This document shows, in pieces, positions 20,900-22,066 of a stretch of DNA of 22,066 nt. Position 1 is the first letter of the stretch; each line of letters begins with the position of its first letter. The notes beneath the pieces were generated by a model. The model worked only from the letters and a program-made list of their open reading frames with translations, was not told the origin of the DNA and did not search any database. This stretch comes from Candidatus Altimarinota bacterium. Its GTDB lineage: Bacteria; Patescibacteriota; Gracilibacteria; JBDHUY01. The translations under genes and the position numbers were made by a program. Where the stretch lies: assembly GCA_039809385.1 (NCBI GenBank), contig JBDHUY010000022.1, forward strand, positions 1 to 22,066. Direction: 5' to 3'.

Positions 20900-22066
20900 A
20901 TGAACCCAAACACGGTATCAGATACTGCCACATTGCCTGCTCCCCGACCCACCATACCACATCTCAGACTGGTTCCAACCGCACTTCCCCGTCCAACCGA
21001 AACCGATCTTGAGTCGCTCCAGTTTGTGTATCATTTTTTCCAGCGCCACCTGGAACTGCGGGAACCCAGGCTGGATACCGATCCGCTGTTTGCGCGCCTG
21101 CAAGACTGGATCAACCGGGAGAGATTATCCGTCACGACACGGGAAGTGTGGCAGTTCCTGTGCCATCATACCGCTTCCGACGACACCCAAAGGGCTATCC
21201 GCAAAAAAGAATTCTGGAAACTTTTACACACAGCCTTGCCCGGAAGTCCCCAGGACATACGCTCGTACGCCCCTTTGCAGCAAGCCGCCATCCGTTTTTT
21301 ACAACTATTATACGAGTATCTCGAGGAGGAAGATAAACTGGATTTGGCTTTTCCCGGTCTGAGTCTTCCCAATGAGAAAAACTCCGATGGTACGGTATTT
21401 TCTCCCCGTCAGATCATTCGGGACTATCGGACAGCTCAAGGCAAACCGCCTGCTCTACCCGCATCTTTGGTTTCCCACCGGGGACGGCAGTATGACGCGC
21501 TGGCGGCTATTATGCAAAAAACCAAAACTGCAGATCCGGATGACCCCCAAGTAGCCCGCTATGAGGAATATCAAAAAAACATCGATACCCAACCGGCTAC
21601 GCTGGGAGAGCATTTCTCACGGGCCCGGAACACACTGGCCTATTGGCACGAACGAGATACCTATCATGCCGGCCTCAAAAATGCAGCTCGAAAAAAAGCT
21701 CAGACCGATCTGGAACACCTGGCGGCTCCCTGCCTCGCTCAACCGCCCCGGGTTGACACACTCTTAACGTTTCTTAACGGAGCAAAAAACCTTCTGCAAG
21801 CCACACAATCTCCTTTTCCTACTTACAGCCCGCGAGAACAGCCTCTGATGCGGGCAGAATATCGGACGGTTTTGGAGGAACAACTCAAAGATACTATCCA
21901 CCGGATCGCCCTAGCCATGCAGCTTTCGCCGGCGCGCATCGAAACTTTCCGGGAATGGTTTTTTAGCAGACTTCGGCAGCCTTCATCTTTTACCGCGCAA
22001 GTAGACCGCTTTTACCTTACCAATATCTGCCTTTATCATATCGATGCGCTACCGCAGCTCGCTTCA
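20900..22066 (+). CDS. Hypothetical protein, 3'-truncated (at least 389 aa); absent from the supplied ORF track
   Basis: Translated by hand from the ATG at 20900: MNPNTVSDTATLPAPRPTIPHLRLVPT...ICLYHIDALPQLAS, with no stop before the window end. Confidence 0.88.
   Translation, partial: MNPNTVSDTATLPAPRPTIPHLRLVPTALPRPTETDLESLQFVYHFFQRHLELREPRLDTDPLFARLQDWINRERLSVTTREVWQFLCHHTASDDTQRAIRKKEFWKLLHTALPGSPQDIRSYAPLQQAAIRFLQLLYEYLEEEDKLDLAFPGLSLPNEKNSDGTVFSPRQIIRDYRTAQGKPPALPASLVSHRGRQYDALAAIMQKTKTADPDDPQVARYEEYQKNIDTQPATLGEHFSRARNTLAYWHERDTYHAGLKNAARKKAQTDLEHLAAPCLAQPPRVDTLLTFLNGAKNLLQATQSPFPTYSPREQPLMRAEYRTVLEEQLKDTIHRIALAMQLSPARIETFREWFFSRLRQPSSFTAQVDRFYLTNICLYHIDALPQLAS

Noticed and set aside
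870-21767. Numerous short or antisense ORFs in the track (e.g. 870-1268, 5490-6038, 8675-9331, 15341-16072, 21009-21362)
   Set aside because: They are shadows of well-supported genes in another frame or strand and have no recognisable motifs.
1-22066. Genetic code 25 (TGA=Gly) as in some Gracilibacteria/Absconditabacteria
   Set aside because: Conserved genes are intact in code 11, and several end in TGA at the expected C-terminus (PCD, Nudix, RmlA, GT2).

Overview
A bacterial chromosomal window read in standard code 11 (TGA is used as a stop, e.g. the ATGA overlap at 1676-1679). AT-rich start regions without obvious Shine-Dalgarno motifs and many large orphan ORFs suggest a Patescibacteria/CPR-type genome (inference). 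Recognisable genes: four-helix-bundle protein, LemA, cytidylyltransferase/RibL-like FAD synthase, pterin-4a-carbinolamine dehydratase, Ca2+/Na+ antiporter, CPA1 Na+/H+ antiporter with a USP-like tail, class II CPD photolyase, MTH1-like Nudix hydrolase, BCP peroxiredoxin, RmlA-like nucleotidyltransferase and two GT2 glycosyltransferases. Most interesting signals: (1) the four-helix-bundle gene is bracketed by inverted 7-nt repeat arrays anchored on stop codons, and a similar heptamer array with no such gene sits on the rmlA stop; (2) a 519-aa orphan has the ordered motif set of class I (eukaryote-type) cyclic-nucleotide phosphodiesterases and converges on a low-GC 1282-aa orphan with a possible split GAF domain; (3) an 869-aa orphan has a twin-arginine-like N-terminus and the hairpin motifs of ion-transporter (IT) superfamily carriers, separated by large soluble insertions; (4) REP-like hairpins (GTAG and GTCA families) are concentrated in the polysaccharide operon, including a self-nested G.A-mismatch hairpin. 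All assignments come from reading motifs by eye; no database search was run.
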